A DNA stretch of 64,000 bases from Lama glama (Eukaryota): the NCBI GenBank assembly GCA_028534125.1, contig CM052841.1:6572001-6636000 (forward strand), read 5' to 3'. Under the pieces are notes generated by a model, which saw nothing but the letters and a program-made list of their open reading frames with translations, did not search any database and had not been told where the DNA came from. The position numbers and the translations under genes are program-made. How positions within the stretch are numbered: the first letter of the stretch is position 1; the number at the start of each line of letters is the position of its first letter. Of this stretch, positions 59,718 to 64,000 are shown one piece after another.

Positions 59718-62539
59718 CTGGCCCAGGGAAGACAGCGGCTGTGGCTGGTGGGTCCCAGCTCGGGGAGCCCCCGCCCCGCCCCCACGGGATGGACAAGCCC
59801 CGCCCTGCTCTGCCTCCATCAGAGAGCCTGGGATTCCTCTTTGGGCTTCATCTTCTCTGTCCATGAAACAGAATCCTGAGACTTGGCCCACCCCTTCCCA
59901 GGGTTCATGGTGACGAGGCCTATCTGAGGGACGGACAGTCATTCTCCTTACTCGCCCTGGGGTCTGGGAAAGGGGGGTGCCGGCTCCAAGAACTAAGTGA
60001 AGAATATGTGTGGGCCGGGGAAGGAGTAGGGTTCAGATGCCTGGCCCAGGGGCAGGTTGCTGTCCTTAGGTGCTTAGATAGTGGCCACGTACCCCTCATC
60101 TCCAGCCAAGGGCAGGGGTTCAGTTTGGACTAACACGGAATTGTCTATATGAGTCCCACACTAGTCACCTGTGGGCATCTTCCCACAACCTGTGACCCCG
60201 CAGTCCTCAGCTGCAGCCTGAGCCCTAGCTCTAAGCATGCTCGCAGATTCGAAAAGTCCCAGGCCAGCCAGTCAGGCATCCATGGGCCACCGTGCTGTCC
60301 CTCTGGCCTGGGCACAGCTTTTGGTGAACAACAGTGGGCCAGTCAGCAGATGTCCTCCTCCCTGCCCGGCCCCTGGCAAGGGAGTGCTTCCCACTCCTTT
60401 CATTCTCTGCACACTTGGCACCCGTCTGATAAAGCAGTCACTGAACAGAATACAACCCCAGACCTCAAGTCCAGCTCTACCAGCTCAGGCCCCTTCCCAA
60501 GCTCAGAAGAGCCAGAGCTAGAGAGGTGGAAATCTCGAGTAGCACCCCATCTATGCTAAGGCAGCCTTTTAGCTGAGATGAAGGCTCTCCCCCAGCCCCC
60601 CAGGGCTTCCTCTTTTGCTCCTGGCAACTGCAGGCCTGGGCCCTCCTGACAAAGCGGCCAGTCCTCAGATGTGGGCCCATGGATGGGAAAGATAGGGAGG
60701 CAGCCCCAACATGACAAGTTTGCTGAGTCATTTTCTCTGTCTTATTTCTAAGGCTGCTCCTTACTCCAGGGAGTCAGTGACTGGGCTGGGCTCAGGGACA
60801 GTCTGGGCATCAGCTCGGCTACAACCAGGTCCCAGATATCCTCATCCTGGGCCCTCTGCAAACACCGCTGATGCTTCCTGGGAGCCAGGGTTAGGGAACA
60901 GGGAGCAGCCAAGAGCCAGGCTGGCCTTAGGTGGGTAGAGTTGGAAGCCGAGGCCAGAGGGCATGCCGACCAGAGCAGCTACCTATAGAGGAGCCCACCT
61001 TCCTTTGCTGTGGCTAATTTTTACCAGCACTGGGACTCCTGTCAGGAACCCCTCCCCTGATCACTTGCAAGGAAGGCTTCCTGTGCAAGGAGGGGGCTGC
61101 CCCTGGAATGGAAGGTACTGGGGGTCCAGCCTGAGCTGTGGGGGAGTCACGCAGTGGTTTGGGAAGGAAAATGCTTCTGCTCTGGGGAAAGTGAGGAAAG
61201 CCAATTTGGGTCACCCTGTGCCCAGTGGGGAACTGGCCTTGAGGTGGGGTGGGAGTAGGGCTCCAGGGTGGGCCCCGAGGGCTGACTCTTGAATTCAGAA
61301 AGCAATCTACAGCTGGCTGCGGGGAGTGTCTTTCAGCCAGACTATGAAAGGCTTACACTGTGCAGTGCGACAGTCATGGTAGCTCCCCTTGTTCATTAGG
61401 CAAATCCCAAGCACCTGATCTGGGCTCCCCCAGGGCCGACCCTGGCAGGGACAGAAACACTCCACTCTAGATGCCGTGGGCCTGCCCTCAGCAGCCCCTA
61501 GTATGGTCACAGAGGGCCAGCCCCTGCGGCTGAATGGGCAACCCTCACTGGGTAATCAGAGTATTAACTGCCAGGCCAGAGCTGAGCTGGAGAGGCCCTT
61601 GAAGGCCAATCTGGCCTCGATGCAGGGCAACAGGATGAATGGAAGGGTGGGTGGCTGGATGACTGCTGCTCCGGCTCAGGACTCCGATGCTCAGACGCTT
61701 TCCTTACTGCACCACGGAGCTGAGGCAGGCATGCCCCTCAAGCTTGCTCTCACTGCGGCATGAGATCTGGCCTCTTGAGAGACAGCAGTGATGACTCACT
61801 TTCTCTAGACACACCTCAAGCGCCCCTCGCCCCTGCTGGTGCAGAGTCTTCATGACCAGCGCACCCGGGAGAGGAAGGTTGGAAGCCTTAGGTTGGCCTA
61901 GTAACTCTGCAGTTGAGAACATCTCTGACCTACTCACAGAACCACTGGGACCAGAAGCTGGATTTGATAGGTGGATAAACTGAGGCCAGAGGAGAGAAAT
62001 GTGTGCCTTGGGGCATTAGACCATCATTTGGTGTTTGGCACACCCAATAAACTGTTTATAGCTGAAATTACCCTGCTCAGGTTAAGAGCACTAATCTGAT
62101 CTTTACATGGAGGTGGAGAAAGGAGGGGAGGGGGCACCAGACCTAATGGGGTGGTGGTGACTGGCAAAGCCAGTCCCTCCAGAATCTGGGCTAGAGAATG
62201 TGTAAGGGTCAGGGCAGTCAAGCACGATGAGAGGAAACGTCTGGCAGAGAGAAGCGTGGATTTCACGAGAGGGGGAAACAGAGAGCAACCAACCACACTA
62301 AGACCTTAGATCCTGCCTTAATTCCCAGGCCACCTGCATCCTGAGAGTAAGCCTCCCGTTCTTAAGCTGGCTCTAATGGTCTCTACTACTTGCCATGAGC
62401 CCTCCTGACATGAAGATCACAGCTGCTAATCATGGCTAAACTCTGTGTTTCCTGAATTCTGATTCAGGGCTTTGTCTGCCAAATCACACCAGGAAAGCAC
62501 AGAAAAACCCTCATGTAACTGGGGCTTCCTCTCCACTCT

Positions 62540-62860
62540 ACCTCATCCTATGATCTCATCCCTGACTCCAGTGGCCCCTATGAGACCTCACTGTCCCATT
62601 CTCTAAGTGCACCCAGTGTGACATCACAGCCCAGACTTGCAACAGTCCCCCCATTATACCATCCTCTTGTCTTCCAGAAGTCCTAAAATGACATCAGTAC
62701 TCAGACCATCGATGGTGTCCATGTGATCATCGCTTAGGCTACCAGCAGTCCTATGACATCATTGCTCAGCCTGCCATCACTCCCAGGATGATGCCACCAA
62801 CCAGGTCACCAGCAGTCCCAGTAAGACATTGGCATCAAGGTCACCTACAGTGACTCAGTC
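62540..62860 (+). repeat. Degenerate minisatellite of about 35 bp with TGACATCA core
   Basis: About 9 units of the cagtcc-N-tgacatca-N-cagac type. Confidence 0.65.
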
Positions 62861-64000
62861 CCCAGTGAGTGGTAGAATCCCATCGGGCTCAAGGCTCACA
62901 GAGCCTTGGGCCCTGGGGTACTTTGTCCTGAATCCCACAAACTACCTGGCTCCTCAGAGCAGGACTGGAGGGTTCAGTGACACAGACAGGAGCCCCAACT
63001 GCACATTCCATTGTATAAAGAGGCAGAGGCTCTAAAGTCTGGGGGCAGTGAAGGAATTCCAAGTTCTTCTAGGCCACAAGATTTCAGCAAGTACATGTGG
63101 CTGGCTGAAAAGGAAAGAGGAATAGGGAAAGGGAAAGAGGGGGAGAAAGAAAGGGAGGGGGAAAGAGAGAGAGAAAGCAAACACCCAGTCTGTGACTCCA
63201 AGACAGGGGGAGAGGGCCACTGGCCTGGCCTTAGCTCTGCTTTGCACTTTTGCCCTCTGCCAGGAAGCCTTCTACACCATTCAGCCTCTCCTCTGTGAGT
63301 GCCCTCCCTACTCCCAGGAACTCCTCTGCCTCTACCTCCTTATTACAGGTGCTTGTGAGCGGGTCTTTTGCTTAGCCTGCCACCAAAGGACGGAGTGAGT
63401 GAGCGTGGCCTGGCGAGGCCCACAGGCTGACTGTCTCCAGCGGGAGGGCTGCCTCCTGCTAACCCTGCTCTGCTGGATAATCTCCAAGGCCTCCCTGACC
63501 TTCAGTGATCCACAAGATTTGGGGGAGGAGAATCTATTTCCTAACAGAGCCTGATCTGGCAGTTCTCAGAAAGCCATAGTCTCAGGGGAAGGGTGACTTA
63601 ATTCCACTGTAGAACAAAGCTCTCACTGCCCTCAGTTCCCTCTACTAGGGCCCTGGCAGGTGGAAACCAGTGAGGATCATGGATGGATGGCTTCTTGAAC
63701 TGGCAACCAGCAGTGTGGGCCTCGGCTCCACAGCTCCACCCCTGCCCTGTGCGTAAGAGCTCAGGACCATAGGGGGCCACTCTGGAGAGTTCCAACTGTC
63801 AGGAGGAGCCTGGGCTTCTGCTCAGGATTCAGGGAGGGCAAGGCAGGCAGAGGGCACGTTGGGGCATCTGGCTGAAGCCAGGTCAGTGGTCAGAGAGCAG
63901 TGTATGCCAAGCTGCAGAGAGAAGGACACCAAGCCAGCCTCAGTTGGCAGGCCTCCTCTGCTCTTCCTGTGGCGTCCTGAACAAGTCCAGCCCAGGGCAG

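Noticed and set aside
61704-61726. REST/RE1-like gcaccacgga
   Set aside because: The right half-site (GGACAGCGCC) is absent

Overview
Mammalian genomic DNA, most likely a camelid, based on two copies of a tRNA-Ala-derived SINE that resembles the camelid Vic-1 family. The window is syntenic with the human 9p13 CNTFR-ENHO-DNAI1 block. The + strand carries the complete CNTFR CDS (8 exon pieces, 11471-28582, 1119 nt = 372 aa + stop; the stop codon is split by the last intron) and ENHO/adropin (CpG-island non-coding exon 1; CDS starts at 46089 and its 3' part is hidden by Ns). The - strand carries the last eight coding exons of DNAI1 (59717-47016), ending tail-to-tail with ENHO. The CNTFR-ENHO intergenic region is dense in old repeats. 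There are seven 128-156 nt N gaps. Almost all long ORFs in the supplied track are GC-rich or low-complexity artefacts. The main leads are all hypotheses: (i) two candidate upstream CNTFR exons that each begin with an in-frame ATG and end in nearly the same 12-mer before a donor site, which would give N-terminally extended receptors, one lying downstream of a perfect 22-bp TATA-centred palindrome; (ii) a helically phased array of 9 forkhead motifs in a DNAI1 intron, one of several degenerate minisatellites that each repeat a different transcription-factor-like motif; (iii) a strong-context uORF and an SRE/NF-Y/Sp1-type promoter at ENHO. Repeat family names and human comparisons come from recall, not from database searches.
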